A DNA stretch of 64,000 nt from a virus (IMGVR_UViG_3300032213_001850:1-64000), one strand, 5' to 3'; shown: positions 17,482 to 28,928, counted from the stretch's first letter. A program made the numbers and translations. Notes: generated by a model from the letters alone, not told the origin.

Positions 17482-18169
17482 AAAAAAAAGGGGCCCTAAT
17501 AGACAATACTTTACGAAGGATACGGAAGATGCTATCATTGAATATAATCTTACAACCGACCAATATATTAAAGATAAATTGTATAGAGAAAGAATTGCAT
17601 CTGCATTTGACAAACTTGCAGAGATAGTTTACAACAAATGGAAGTTTACTTATTTCGATGATGACCCAAAAGATGTAATGGCAGAGGTTGTTGCATTTAT
17701 GATTGAAAAAATTCATATGTATAAAAATGGTAAAGGTAAAGCTTTCTCATACTTTACAATTGTTGCAAGAAACTATCTTATCTTAAATAATAATGCAAAC
17801 TACAAAAGATACAAAGATACGGATATAATGTCTGGTTTACCCGAATCGTTTGATACTGAAAATAATTTTAGAGAAGAGGAGAGAAACGAAGAGCATAGAA
17901 CATTTAATGTTAGAATGTTACAATATTGGGATAAACATTTAGAAAACTATTTTCCTAAAAAAAGAGACATGCAAATTGCAGATTCTGTTTTGGAATTATT
18001 TAGAAGAGCAAATTATATAGAAAACTTTAATAAAAAATCATTATATTTACTTATTAGAGAAATGACCGGACATCCGACTCATTACATAACCAAAGTTGTC
18101 AACAAAATGAAAGAAAGACAAATGGAGTTATATAATGAATTTGATAAAGAAGGTGATATAAAAATTTAA
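17471..18169 (+). CDS. Phage sigma factor-like protein (T4 gp55 / sigma70 region 2-like)
   Basis: Region 2-like KDVMAEVVAFMIEKIHMY...KGKAFSYFTIVARNYLI. Confidence 0.65.
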   Translation: MPIRKKRGPNRQYFTKDTEDAIIEYNLTTDQYIKDKLYRERIASAFDKLAEIVYNKWKFTYFDDDPKDVMAEVVAFMIEKIHMYKNGKGKAFSYFTIVARNYLILNNNANYKRYKDTDIMSGLPESFDTENNFREEERNEEHRTFNVRMLQYWDKHLENYFPKKRDMQIADSVLELFRRANYIENFNKKSLYLLIREMTGHPTHYITKVVNKMKERQMELYNEFDKEGDIKI

Positions 18170-18172
18170 TTT

Positions 18173-19870
18173 ATGATACAATTAGGTTTATCAGGATTTT
18201 ACCACGATTCAGCAGCAGCTTTAGTTATAGATGGTAAAGTTATATGTGCAATTGAAGAAGAAAAACTATCCGGCGAAAAGCATGATAGTTCTTTTCCGTT
18301 TAAAGCAATTCAATGGTGTTTAGAATACGCAAAGATAACAATTGATGAAGTTGATATGGTTTGTTGGTATGAAAACCCAAACGATAAATTTGAAAGAGTT
18401 AGAGAAACGATTGGTAAGTGGGGTGGTTTAAGATACCCAATGAAATGGAGACAATTCTTAAAAAGATGGAATCAATCGGAAGGTAATTTAAAAGGAATAT
18501 TAAAATCAATTGGATATGATGGAGAAATTTTATATTCATTACACCATCATTCACATTTAGCACTATCTTACTACACATCACCATTTGATAAAGCAATAGG
18601 TTTGTCAATTGATGGAGTTGGTGAATCACATACGATATATGCAGCAATGTGTGATGAGTTTGGTTTTCATAAAATACAAACATTACACTTTCCACATTCA
18701 TTGGGATTGATTTATTCAGCATTTACTGCTTATTTAGGATTTAAACCAAACGAAGGTGAGTATAAAGTAATGGGCCTTGCTCCATATGGTGATAATGAAA
18801 AATATAATAAGATATTTGATAAAGTTGTTACTACCGGTGGTGAAATAGACATTGTAAAGATGGATATGTCTTACTTTACATGGCATACATCGGATAACGA
18901 TATGTTTAATGATAAGTTGATTGATTTAATTGGATTTCCACCAAGATTCAAAGATGAACCAATAGAACAACATCATAAAGACTTAGCTGCTTCATTACAA
19001 AGATGGTATGAAGCTGCGTTATACTTTATTATCAATAGAATTACAAATACTTGGGAATGTGAGAATTTAGTATTAGGTGGTGGTTGTGCATATAATGGAA
19101 CTGCTAATGGTAAAATTAAACAATTCACTGCAATTAAGAATGTATTCATTCCATTTGCTCCATCGGATAGTGGTTCTGCAATTGGTGCATGTTTATATCA
19201 TTATCATCAAACATTTGGCAATCCCAAAGTAAAAGGTGGAGATAACCAATCACCATATTTGGGTGAGGAGTGGAGTAATCCTGAATTACTTAAAATTATA
19301 TTACAAAATCATAGAAGTAAGGTTGTAATGTATGATACCAATGATGTATTATGTAAAGAAGTTGCAAAGTTAATCAATGAAGGTAATATTGTAGGATGGT
19401 TTCAAGGTAGAACTGAATTTGGTGCAAGAGCATTGGGTAATCGTTCTATATTAGGTAATCCACATTTGTCCGACATTAGAGATAGAATTAATAAGGTTGT
19501 CAAAAAGAGAGAGATGTTTAGACCATTTGCTCCATCGGTTACAATTGAAGATTATCAAAAGTATTTCCTATCAGAAGAAGATGTTCCTTATATGAATCAG
19601 GTTGTCAAAGTTAAAAAAGGAGTAAACATTCCGTCAGTAACCCATGTTGACAATTCTGCAAGGATACAGACACTTAAAAGAGAGGATAATCCACTTTACT
19701 ATGACTTATTAAAGGAGTTCGAAAAACTAACAGGAACACCCATTCTATTGAATACATCATTTAACTTAAAAGACCACACAATGACAAATGACCCACAAAA
19801 AGCAATTTGGACATTTAATAATTGTGATATGAATTATTTAGTATTAGGTAAATTTTTAATTAGCAAATAA
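18173..19870 (+). CDS. O-carbamoyltransferase (NodU/CmcH family)
   Basis: YHDSAAAL, EEEK, HHHSH, DGVGE, EGEYKVMGLAPYG, EFGARALGNRS, RPFAP, LLNTSFN. Confidence 0.93.
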   Translation: MIQLGLSGFYHDSAAALVIDGKVICAIEEEKLSGEKHDSSFPFKAIQWCLEYAKITIDEVDMVCWYENPNDKFERVRETIGKWGGLRYPMKWRQFLKRWNQSEGNLKGILKSIGYDGEILYSLHHHSHLALSYYTSPFDKAIGLSIDGVGESHTIYAAMCDEFGFHKIQTLHFPHSLGLIYSAFTAYLGFKPNEGEYKVMGLAPYGDNEKYNKIFDKVVTTGGEIDIVKMDMSYFTWHTSDNDMFNDKLIDLIGFPPRFKDEPIEQHHKDLAASLQRWYEAALYFIINRITNTWECENLVLGGGCAYNGTANGKIKQFTAIKNVFIPFAPSDSGSAIGACLYHYHQTFGNPKVKGGDNQSPYLGEEWSNPELLKIILQNHRSKVVMYDTNDVLCKEVAKLINEGNIVGWFQGRTEFGARALGNRSILGNPHLSDIRDRINKVVKKREMFRPFAPSVTIEDYQKYFLSEEDVPYMNQVVKVKKGVNIPSVTHVDNSARIQTLKREDNPLYYDLLKEFEKLTGTPILLNTSFNLKDHTMTNDPQKAIWTFNNCDMNYLVLGKFLISK

Positions 19871-20646
19871 TGAAAATACATGCATTTGGAGATAGTTGGA
19901 CAGAAGGAGAAGGAACTAACTGGTCCATAGAACAATCATTTAAAGACAGAAAACAATTACAACTATTCAGAAATGAAAGTAGTTGGGTAAACATTCTTGC
20001 CAATAAATTAGGATTAGAACCTGTAAATAATGGGTGGAGTGGTAAAGCAAATAATGTTATTTTTAATGAGGTTATAAATGATTTAAGAAATGGTAAAATT
20101 CATAAAGATGATTTTATTGTTATCATGTGGAGTTCATCGTTAAGAGATTATGTTCCATTTTTACCAAAAGGTGAATGGATAAGTTGGGGACAAATGGAAT
20201 TATCAGCCTTACCACATAAGTTTACAGAATCATATACATACGGAGATGAGAAGTTTAATAATTTTTTGGCTGAGTATAAAAAATTCTTTTTAGGAAATTT
20301 ATTTACACAAAATTATTATAATATAATAAATCAAAATTATATAATTTATTTACAACATATGTTAAATGAATATGGTGTAAAATATATTATGTGTGATGCA
20401 TTTGACTTAATGATTCAAAATTTAGATAAAAAAGATGATAACACTTATTTAATTGATAAATCAACATATTGGGGTTTTGCAAACGAATCTTTGGAATCAT
20501 GGTTAATGAAAAATTATAAAGGTAAAGATGTTTGGGAAAAGAAAATTCCAAACCCAATGAAAGTTGCACAACATCCAAATAAAGAAGGTTACAATCTAAT
20601 AAGTCAGGAACTTTATAATTATATAATAAAGAACAACATAATATAA
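19870..20646 (+). CDS. SGNH/GDSL-like protein
   Basis: AFGDSWTEG, NNGWSGKAN, QHPNKEGY. Confidence 0.75.
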   Translation: MKIHAFGDSWTEGEGTNWSIEQSFKDRKQLQLFRNESSWVNILANKLGLEPVNNGWSGKANNVIFNEVINDLRNGKIHKDDFIVIMWSSSLRDYVPFLPKGEWISWGQMELSALPHKFTESYTYGDEKFNNFLAEYKKFFLGNLFTQNYYNIINQNYIIYLQHMLNEYGVKYIMCDAFDLMIQNLDKKDDNTYLIDKSTYWGFANESLESWLMKNYKGKDVWEKKIPNPMKVAQHPNKEGYNLISQELYNYIIKNNII

Positions 20647-21053
20647 TGTCAAACGAATTTCAATTATTTGATGGTAAAAACTTATCATCATTATTTAAAG
20701 ATATATACGAAAACCAACAAAACAAAAAGAAAAACATTTCCGATTTGATTGAATCACTTCGTAAATTGATTAAAAATGTTGGTGAAGCAACGGTCATTGC
20801 ACCTATCATAAAAGATTTAATTGAGGTATCGGTTAAAAATGATGACCATTTAATTAAACTTGCAACAATTGCACAAAGACTTGCAGCTGCAGAAGCCAAA
20901 GGTATTGGTGAGGATGGTTGGTTAAGTGAACAAGAAAAAGAACAATTACTTGCAGATATGGAGGACGCAATAGATGCTGTTGAAGAAAAAACCAAAGAAA
21001 AAATGGTTGATTTGGAAATAGAAATTGAAGAAATAAAAACTAAAGTAAAATAA
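20646..21053 (+). CDS. Hypothetical helical phage protein
   Basis: Coupled ORF at the start of the structural module. Confidence 0.7.
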   Translation: MSNEFQLFDGKNLSSLFKDIYENQQNKKKNISDLIESLRKLIKNVGEATVIAPIIKDLIEVSVKNDDHLIKLATIAQRLAAAEAKGIGEDGWLSEQEKEQLLADMEDAIDAVEEKTKEKMVDLEIEIEEIKTKVK

Positions 21054-22279
21054 TGGAAATAAATTCATTTTTAGCAACTGTTGAAACTGTATATACATCT
21101 TTACCAACTGATAGAAAAATAGATATAGATAGTAATTTCATTCCAAAATATAATGATAATAAAAATTATATTGAATCATTTGATAATATGGAGTATTTGG
21201 GTGCAATTAAATTCAAATCAAATAAAGTAAATTCAAAAAGTGAAAACATTGCATTTCCTTTTGATAAAAATAATATAACATATCCAATAACAGGTGAAAC
21301 TATTGTAATTTTAAAAATACAAGATGGATATTATTGGTTACCATATAGTATTTCTTTATACCCAAATTATAGAGAAAATGCTGCAATTTCTATATCAACT
21401 ACGGATAGGGAACCAATAAGTTTAAATACATCTAATAAAAATGCAGATTATAAATCTGCAAAAGATGGTACACCAAATTCTGCACCTACTAAATCCGATT
21501 CCCAAAAATCTTTATATAAAAAAAATGAAAAGATTAAATTTTTATTACCAAAAGAAGGTGATACAATTTTACAAGGTAGAGTTGGCAATACAATTCGTTT
21601 TAGTGAGTTCTTTTTGACAGAAGATGATAAAACTTCCTCACCTGGAATTTATATTCGTAATAAACAAAATAACGAATTAGATTCTGAGCCGATTGGAACA
21701 TTGGTCGAGGAGAATATTAATAAAGATGGAACTTCTGTATATTTCACATCAGGTAAAGTAAAAGTCCCATTCAAAGAAACAATTAAAAAACAAAAAATAG
21801 CATTTACTAACTATCCAAATTCAACGGATTTGACTGGTGACCAATTATTTGTAAATTCCGATAGAATAGTGTTATCTGCAAAATCAAAAGAATTTATTAT
21901 ATTTGGTAAAAGTAATACGGGTATAATAACTGATGGTAAATTTAGTGTAGATTCTATTGGTGATTCACATATACATTCCAATAACAACATTATATTACAA
22001 ACAAAAAGAAACGTTGTAATATCAACGGATGGTGTTGGTAATATTTGGTTAGGTGAAGTTAAAAAAACATCAGGAAAAGCCGGTGAGCCGGTTCAAAGAG
22101 CAGTATTGGCGGGAGAATTAATTGCATTAATGGAAGAAATGTTGGATGCAATCAATAAGATGGTTTTTGCAACAGGAGTAGGCCCAAGTGGAGCAGGGCC
22201 ACATAATGCTGCAATTTTTACCTCAATTAAGAAAAGATTAGGTAAAATACAATCAAGTAGAACATTTTTAAGTAAATAA
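21053..22279 (+). CDS. Putative baseplate hub/central spike protein (gp5/VgrG-like)
   Basis: N-terminal OB-fold-like YPITGETIV; beta-repeat region EGDTILQGRVGNTIRF, NSDRIVLSAK; position upstream of gp25/gp6 homologues. Confidence 0.55.
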   Translation: MEINSFLATVETVYTSLPTDRKIDIDSNFIPKYNDNKNYIESFDNMEYLGAIKFKSNKVNSKSENIAFPFDKNNITYPITGETIVILKIQDGYYWLPYSISLYPNYRENAAISISTTDREPISLNTSNKNADYKSAKDGTPNSAPTKSDSQKSLYKKNEKIKFLLPKEGDTILQGRVGNTIRFSEFFLTEDDKTSSPGIYIRNKQNNELDSEPIGTLVEENINKDGTSVYFTSGKVKVPFKETIKKQKIAFTNYPNSTDLTGDQLFVNSDRIVLSAKSKEFIIFGKSNTGIITDGKFSVDSIGDSHIHSNNNIILQTKRNVVISTDGVGNIWLGEVKKTSGKAGEPVQRAVLAGELIALMEEMLDAINKMVFATGVGPSGAGPHNAAIFTSIKKRLGKIQSSRTFLSK

Positions 22280-22280
22280 T

Positions 22281-23735
22281 ATGTGGGCAATTTTTAAATT
22301 GAATGTTTTGACCGCAATGGTTACAGGACAATTTAAGGCTGACCCGGATGAGTTTGCTGAATTTTATGCAAATGAATACGATAAGGCAATAAAAAGTGGT
22401 GGTGATTTATTGTATGGAGTCAACGTTATCAATGGTAGTGTTAAAGGTATGGCAGATGCTATAAAAATTGCATTAAAAAAAGGAACGGATAGTGTTGGTA
22501 GTAATTTTAATGTATTGGCGGAAATATATCCCGCAGCATTTGATGCATATTGGTTGGGTGCAGAAATGTCACCATTACCAAACCCATTAATAAAGCCTTT
22601 GGGATGGCCTACAACACCACCTGCACCTGGTACAATACAAAATATTGGCCCGGACCCGATATCATTGGCAGCTACTGCAACATTACATAAAGCAGAAGTG
22701 GAAATATTAAAAGCGTTGGAAGATGAGTTGAAAAAACAAACAATAACATTACCGGCAATTGCACCATTACCATCAATCACTATTCCTGTATATGAAACTG
22801 CCCAAAAAATAATAAACAAAGAAGCAGTTGCACCGGATATAAAAAATCATCCGGTGGTTAAAGGTGCAGTTGAGATAATAAAAAAATTAAAAGAAGCTAA
22901 AAAGAAAAAACCAGCAATAGGAAAACAAATTAAAAAGGCCTTAAAATTTGAATTTCCAAAATTACCAGATAGGAAAAAAATAATAGAAGAAACAAAAGAA
23001 AAATTATTAGAAAAAGCAATTGAAGAGATTAAAAATCAAATTATACCTCCAATTGAAGATATCATACTACAACCAATATATCAGTATGTTCAAATGGCAG
23101 TTGCAATATTAGATTCTATTCCAAGTCCAAAACCAACTACATCAGAAATTAAAAAATTTGTAAAAGATACTGCAAAGGGGTTAATACCTGAAATAGATAT
23201 ACCAATTGAAATTCCAAATATACCAACGAAAGAAGAATTACAAGAACAAATTGATGCTAAAACTCCTACTGACGAGGAAATAAGAGCATTAGCAGAAGAA
23301 AAAATAAAAGATTTAATTCCAGACCCACCATTCATTAGTTTTACCCCACCTAGTTTTATTTTTAGTACCAAAACAAATGTAATGATTGACCCGTTTCTTC
23401 AACTTGCACAGGTACATTTAATGGGTGTTGGTGGTAATATGATGGTGACATCACAATATACACCACCTGCACCACCTGCACCTGCAATTATAAATTATAC
23501 GGGATACCAAGTAAAATCAGGACCACCTGTGCCAGATTTTCCTTCAACGGTTGAATTTCCTCAAATTGATTTGGGTAGTATTGAAATTCCTAGTTTTCCG
23601 GAATTACCACAATTGCCAAACATAAGTCCTGTCGATTTATTAACATCATTGGCAATATCTTTACCTGATGTAAAAATAAATGCACCAAAGGTTGATGTAA
23701 ACATTAAAATACCAACAATACCAAATGTTGGATAA
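22281..23735 (+). CDS. Proline-rich putative virion protein
   Basis: 484 aa, Pro/Ile/Lys-rich, within baseplate module. Confidence 0.6.
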   Translation: MWAIFKLNVLTAMVTGQFKADPDEFAEFYANEYDKAIKSGGDLLYGVNVINGSVKGMADAIKIALKKGTDSVGSNFNVLAEIYPAAFDAYWLGAEMSPLPNPLIKPLGWPTTPPAPGTIQNIGPDPISLAATATLHKAEVEILKALEDELKKQTITLPAIAPLPSITIPVYETAQKIINKEAVAPDIKNHPVVKGAVEIIKKLKEAKKKKPAIGKQIKKALKFEFPKLPDRKKIIEETKEKLLEKAIEEIKNQIIPPIEDIILQPIYQYVQMAVAILDSIPSPKPTTSEIKKFVKDTAKGLIPEIDIPIEIPNIPTKEELQEQIDAKTPTDEEIRALAEEKIKDLIPDPPFISFTPPSFIFSTKTNVMIDPFLQLAQVHLMGVGGNMMVTSQYTPPAPPAPAIINYTGYQVKSGPPVPDFPSTVEFPQIDLGSIEIPSFPELPQLPNISPVDLLTSLAISLPDVKINAPKVDVNIKIPTIPNVG

Positions 23736-23780
23736 TTATTTAAATCAAATATTTATTACTAAAACATACAAACAATTATT

Positions 23781-24278
23781 ATGAAATCAGACATTTTATT
23801 AACTTTAATTAAAGAAGTTGTTAAAAACGAAGTTAAACAACAAGTTAAAGAAGAACTTGTTAAACTAATTAAATCTGGTGCAGTTACATTGAACTCACAA
23901 ACAAAAACATCTACTCCATCGTTAAGAGAGATGACAGAAGTTACTCCTACACCGGTTAAAAGACAACAACCTGTACAACAACCACAAAGACCACAAAGAG
24001 AATTTTCAAAAGACCCAATGATAAATGAAATTTTGAATATGACTCAACCATTTACTTCCGAACAAAGGAAAGAGGGTGCACAGGCAGTTGGAAGTGTATT
24101 GGATATGATTAAACCAGAATTAAGGGTCGATGAAAGTGAGTGGGAAACAATGGATTTTAGAGAGGTAAATGTACCATCCAATGTCCCAAATTTTGAATCA
24201 ACCGGTGATGGTTTACAAGATGCTACAATAAAAGCATTGACAAGAGATTATAGTGAATTAGTAAAAAGATTTAAATAA
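23781..24278 (+). CDS. Hypothetical phage protein
   Basis: Follows ATATTTAT at 23749. Confidence 0.7.
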   Translation: MKSDILLTLIKEVVKNEVKQQVKEELVKLIKSGAVTLNSQTKTSTPSLREMTEVTPTPVKRQQPVQQPQRPQREFSKDPMINEILNMTQPFTSEQRKEGAQAVGSVLDMIKPELRVDESEWETMDFREVNVPSNVPNFESTGDGLQDATIKALTRDYSELVKRFK

Positions 24279-24715
24279 TGGCAATAGAGTTAGGAAAAAT
24301 TAATGTAGACGACTTATCGGAAAATAATTACAAAGTATTGGGTATTGGTATTAATAGAACATCCAATTCTAATGGTATTTTTTCCGTTAATTATACTACC
24401 CTATCTCAGGCCAAAGATAATATTATAAATCTAGTAATGACCGCAAAAGGTGAAAGAGAAATGAACCCAAATTTTGGATGTGATGTTTGGCAAGTTTTAT
24501 TTGAACCAATTATAGATGAAACGATTTCTCAAAAAATAGAAGATAGTATTTTAGATGCTGTTAAAACTTGGTTACCTTATATTGAAATTCAACAAATAAT
24601 CTTTGATTATGATAGTGATGATATAGATGCAAATAAGATATTATTAGAAATACAATTTTCTTTAGCAGCAAATCCATCTCTATCGGATACGATAACCTTA
24701 AAAATAGAAAAATAA
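24278..24715 (+). CDS. Baseplate wedge protein, gp25-like
   Basis: NIINLVMTAKGEREMNPNFGCD...LFEP...WLPYIEI. Confidence 0.85.
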   Translation: MAIELGKINVDDLSENNYKVLGIGINRTSNSNGIFSVNYTTLSQAKDNIINLVMTAKGEREMNPNFGCDVWQVLFEPIIDETISQKIEDSILDAVKTWLPYIEIQQIIFDYDSDDIDANKILLEIQFSLAANPSLSDTITLKIEK

Positions 24716-24719
24716 TAAA

Positions 24720-26732
24720 ATGGCTATAAAGTCTATAAATAAAAATTGGGGAAACACCAAAAACATAAATTACTTAGGTAAGGATTTTGATGCATTAAAA
24801 CAAAATCTTATTGATTTTACTAAGACATATTTTCCAAATCAATATTCGGATTTCAATGATGCATCTCCGGGTATGGTTTTCTTAGAACAAGCTGCAGCAA
24901 TTGGTGATATGTTATCTTTTTATCAAGATATACAACTTAAAGAATCAATGTTATCAAATGCAACTGAAAGGAAAAATGTAATTGCATTGGCTCAATCTAT
25001 GGGATACAAACCAAAAGTAACAACCCCGGCCGTAACAACATTAACTGTTTATCAATTAATTAAAAGTATTGGTTCAGGTGTAAACAACAAACCAGATGAT
25101 AGCTTATTTTTAAAAATTAAAAGTGGAATGGAAGTTACATCAAAAAGTAACTCGAATGTAGTTTTTAGAACAATTGATGCAGTCGATTTTGCAAATTCAA
25201 GTAGTAGAGAAATTGACGTTTATAGTAGAGATGGAAGTGGAGAACCGACACAATATTTGATAACTAAACAAGTTCAGGCAATATCTGCTAGAGAAGTTTC
25301 TACAACTATTACGGTTTCAAATTCAACGGATTACCCAATTATAACATTATCGGATTCAAATATTATACAAATAACAAATGTTGTTGATGAAGAAAACATT
25401 CAATATTATGAAGTCCCATATTTGGCACAAGAAACTATTTTTGTGGAACAACCAAATACACTATTAAACAATAATGAAAATGATATATCTGCAGACGTTC
25501 CTTATATTTTAGAAGTTCAAAAAGTACCTTATAGATTTTCGACCAAAGTAAATTCAGATAATACTATTGACTTACAATTTGGAAATGGTAGTTTAAGTGA
25601 AAGTGATGAAATCCTTTTGCCAAACCCAAAAAATGTTGGATTGGGATTAGCAAATTCAATACAAAGATTAAATGAAGGTATTGACCCATCTAACTTTTTA
25701 AAAACAAATACATTGGGTATTGCACCTAACGGAAAACAATTAACTATAAAATATTTAGTTGGTGGTGGGGTATCATCTAATGTAAATGCAAACGATTTAA
25801 CAACCATTTCAAAAATAGAATTTGAAGAAGATTTGGCATCTATAACTGATATAAATTTATATAGTTTATATAAACAATCAATTGGAGTTGAAAATTCCGA
25901 TGCTGCAACTGGTGGTAGAGATAGTGAATCAATTGAAGAAATTAGACAAAATGGTTTGGCAATGTTTGGGTCTCAAAACAGAGCAGTAACTAGACAGGAT
26001 TATATTGTGAGAGCATTATCTATGCCAGAAAGATATGGCAGTGTTGCAAAAGTATATGTTAGTCCCGATGGTGAGGTGGATAATAATTCTCCATCATCTA
26101 TTTTGGCATCACCACAAAATATTAATGAATTTGTTAATTTAGTTGATGGATTAAAAAATAGTTCTAGACAAGATATACAAAAAGAATTAGTTAAATATCT
26201 TAGTCAAAAGAAAACATCTATTAGTGAAGTAAATAATCCATTTGCAATTAATATGTATGTATTGGGGTATAATTCTAATAAAAATTTAACAATAATAAAC
26301 AAATCAGTTAAACAAAATCTAAAAACGTATTTAGGAGAATATAGAATGTTAACCGATGGTGTTAATATTATTGATGGGTTTATTATTAATATTGGTGTAG
26401 ACTTCGATGTAGTTGTTTATTCAAATTATAATAAGAGAGAAGTTATTACAAACTGCTTAACAGAATTGCAAACTTATTTTAATATAGATAATTGGACATT
26501 CAACAAACCAATAAATCTTTCAGAAATAGAATTGATACTAGCAAATGTGGAAGGGGTAATGAGTGTTCCATCCGTAAAAATTTCAAACTTATGTGGTGGG
26601 GACGGTAATTATTCACCAAACAGATATAACATAGATGAGGCAACCAAAGGAAAGATTGTCTACCCTTCCTTAGACCCTTCTATATTTGAAATTAAATATC
26701 CAAACAAAGACATAAAAGGGAGGGCATTATAA
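24720..26732 (+). CDS. Baseplate wedge protein, gp6/baseplate J-like
   Basis: DFDALKQNLI, YSDFNDASPG, QFGNG, GGRDSESIEEIR, QNRAVTRQDY. Confidence 0.85.
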   Translation: MAIKSINKNWGNTKNINYLGKDFDALKQNLIDFTKTYFPNQYSDFNDASPGMVFLEQAAAIGDMLSFYQDIQLKESMLSNATERKNVIALAQSMGYKPKVTTPAVTTLTVYQLIKSIGSGVNNKPDDSLFLKIKSGMEVTSKSNSNVVFRTIDAVDFANSSSREIDVYSRDGSGEPTQYLITKQVQAISAREVSTTITVSNSTDYPIITLSDSNIIQITNVVDEENIQYYEVPYLAQETIFVEQPNTLLNNNENDISADVPYILEVQKVPYRFSTKVNSDNTIDLQFGNGSLSESDEILLPNPKNVGLGLANSIQRLNEGIDPSNFLKTNTLGIAPNGKQLTIKYLVGGGVSSNVNANDLTTISKIEFEEDLASITDINLYSLYKQSIGVENSDAATGGRDSESIEEIRQNGLAMFGSQNRAVTRQDYIVRALSMPERYGSVAKVYVSPDGEVDNNSPSSILASPQNINEFVNLVDGLKNSSRQDIQKELVKYLSQKKTSISEVNNPFAINMYVLGYNSNKNLTIINKSVKQNLKTYLGEYRMLTDGVNIIDGFIINIGVDFDVVVYSNYNKREVITNCLTELQTYFNIDNWTFNKPINLSEIELILANVEGVMSVPSVKISNLCGGDGNYSPNRYNIDEATKGKIVYPSLDPSIFEIKYPNKDIKGRAL

Positions 26733-27790
26733 TGCATATATTTTACACATCATCATATGACGCAAGTGTATATCTACAACAACCTGAACAAAATGCAGGT
26801 AGAGATGAGATATTGGAAGTAGGTAAACTTTACTACGGAGGAGTAAAGGATATTGCTAGAACTTTTATTAAGTTTGATGTTTCTAATTTGGAAACCGGCA
26901 GTAATTGGAAAGCTTATCTTAATCTTAAATCTGCAAATTCTGAAGAAATTCCACTGGAATATACAATATATGCAAATGCAGTTTCTCAAAGTTGGACAAT
27001 GGGGACTGGTACAAAATTCGATAATATAACTTCTGATGGTATTAGTTGGAAATATAGAAATGGAATAGATAGTTGGCAAGATAATGTAATAGCAGGGACT
27101 GCGGTGTTTACCAATGGAACAACGGGTTCTGCAAATGCAGAAGGAGGTACTTGGTATTTAAGTGGTTCTGCATCACAATCATTTAATAATGAACCAGACG
27201 ACATCAGAATGGATGTAACAAATATTGTAAGCCTTTGGTTGAGTGGTTCGTTGCCAAATAATGGATTTATAGTACATCATAGTTTAAATTCGGAAAATGA
27301 TTCATTAGACTATGGATTATTAAAGTTCTTTTCAAAAGAAACTAATACAATATACGAACCAAAATTAGAAGTAGTTTGGAATGATATTTCGTTTGTAACT
27401 GGAAGTTTATTACCTGTAACAGGTTCTGCAGAGGATGGATACAAGGTTGTAATTACAAATCTTAAAAACGAATACTCATCAAATACAAAGGTAAAAATTA
27501 GAGTTAAGGGTAGAGATATGTATCCTTTAAAATCTTTTGGAACAACATTTGCATACGACCAATCAAAATATATAACAAATATTTATTATCAATTAGAAGA
27601 TTATATTACATCTGAAGTTATTTTACCTTTCGGAGATTATACAAAAGTAAGTTGTGATTCAACATCAAATTATTTTATTATGAATTTGAATAGTCTTCCA
27701 AAAAATAGAACTTATAAATTAAAATTGAAAGTTATAGAGGGTGGTATATCAACAATAATTGATGAAAAATATATTTTTGATTTAGTATAA
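26732..27790 (+). CDS. Virion structural protein (DNRLRE-like beta-sandwich)
   Basis: DASVY...NAGRDEILEV, RTFIKFD, DVTNIVSLW, NNGFI, PKLEVVW. Confidence 0.55.
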   Translation: MHIFYTSSYDASVYLQQPEQNAGRDEILEVGKLYYGGVKDIARTFIKFDVSNLETGSNWKAYLNLKSANSEEIPLEYTIYANAVSQSWTMGTGTKFDNITSDGISWKYRNGIDSWQDNVIAGTAVFTNGTTGSANAEGGTWYLSGSASQSFNNEPDDIRMDVTNIVSLWLSGSLPNNGFIVHHSLNSENDSLDYGLLKFFSKETNTIYEPKLEVVWNDISFVTGSLLPVTGSAEDGYKVVITNLKNEYSSNTKVKIRVKGRDMYPLKSFGTTFAYDQSKYITNIYYQLEDYITSEVILPFGDYTKVSCDSTSNYFIMNLNSLPKNRTYKLKLKVIEGGISTIIDEKYIFDLV

Positions 27791-27791
27791 T

Positions 27792-28928
27792 ATGACAGGA
27801 TTAGAAGCAATAGCAGAAAAATTACAAGAACAAAAAAAGAAACAATTCGAAGAAATTCTAAGTGTATCCGGTTCGTCTGCAATATCAAAAAATGATTATA
27901 ATGTAACCATCGTTGATAATGTAAATCCCGCAACTTCATTAATATTTAAAGGGTTAGATAAACCAAAATACGATGAAACCGAATTACTTAAAGCAGTAAA
28001 TGTATCAGTCACAGAATTGGCACCGAATATACCAATAGCAAATTTGGATTTAATTCCAAAACCAATATATGATGCAGAGGTAACATCTAGTAATGAACTA
28101 AGAATTCAAAATACAAGATTACAATTAACAATAGATTCATTAAATAATACTATTACCGATTTAAGAGCACAAGTTCAAACTGAAATAAATAATAGATTAA
28201 CAATTGAACAAACAAATGATGCTTTAGTAAATCAATTAGATACTTTAAATGGAACAATTACGGATTTTACAGGTCAAATTACTACATCATTACAAAAATC
28301 GGTAGATGAAAGTATTTTAAGAGCATCGTTACAGTCACAAAATACAGGATTTAAAGCACAGATTAAAGCACTTATTAAACAAATTGATTCTTTAAATTCA
28401 ATCATTGAAGGTTTACAAGCTCAATTGGGTGCATTACAACAACAACAAGCAATTGAACAATCTGCACAAAATGTAGCATTTGCATCTGGTGCTGAAGTTA
28501 TTAATGAGGTTGGTTTAGTTAAATTTACATCTAAAGGAAATGATACGGATGGATGGATAACTGCTGCAGTATCTACACATCAATTAGAAAGAAAAAGACA
28601 ACAAAAATGGCAATATGGTGAAACGATAGAGTTTACAAATAATGATAAGTTTCCAATTACAATCAATATAAACACTACATTTGGGACGAAAGGTAAGTGG
28701 TTTAGCCTTACAGAAACTAGTTTCACTTTAGGAGCAGGTAGTGCAAAATCACTAAAACCCACATTATATAAGGGTAGGCCCCCATTAAAATTTGGTGATA
28801 GAGAACGTAGTTCCGATTCTATTGGTAATATAGCTATCGAAGTAGTAAGACAAGATGGTTCTAAAAAATCAAAAAGTTTTAAAACCAAATTAATGGTGAG
28901 ACATCCTGATTCTTTTCCAGGATTTTAA
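27792..28928 (+). CDS. Putative virion protein (coiled coil plus C-terminal beta domain)
   Basis: Long heptad region; located in structural module. Confidence 0.6.
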   Translation: MTGLEAIAEKLQEQKKKQFEEILSVSGSSAISKNDYNVTIVDNVNPATSLIFKGLDKPKYDETELLKAVNVSVTELAPNIPIANLDLIPKPIYDAEVTSSNELRIQNTRLQLTIDSLNNTITDLRAQVQTEINNRLTIEQTNDALVNQLDTLNGTITDFTGQITTSLQKSVDESILRASLQSQNTGFKAQIKALIKQIDSLNSIIEGLQAQLGALQQQQAIEQSAQNVAFASGAEVINEVGLVKFTSKGNDTDGWITAAVSTHQLERKRQQKWQYGETIEFTNNDKFPITININTTFGTKGKWFSLTETSFTLGAGSAKSLKPTLYKGRPPLKFGDRERSSDSIGNIAIEVVRQDGSKKSKSFKTKLMVRHPDSFPGF

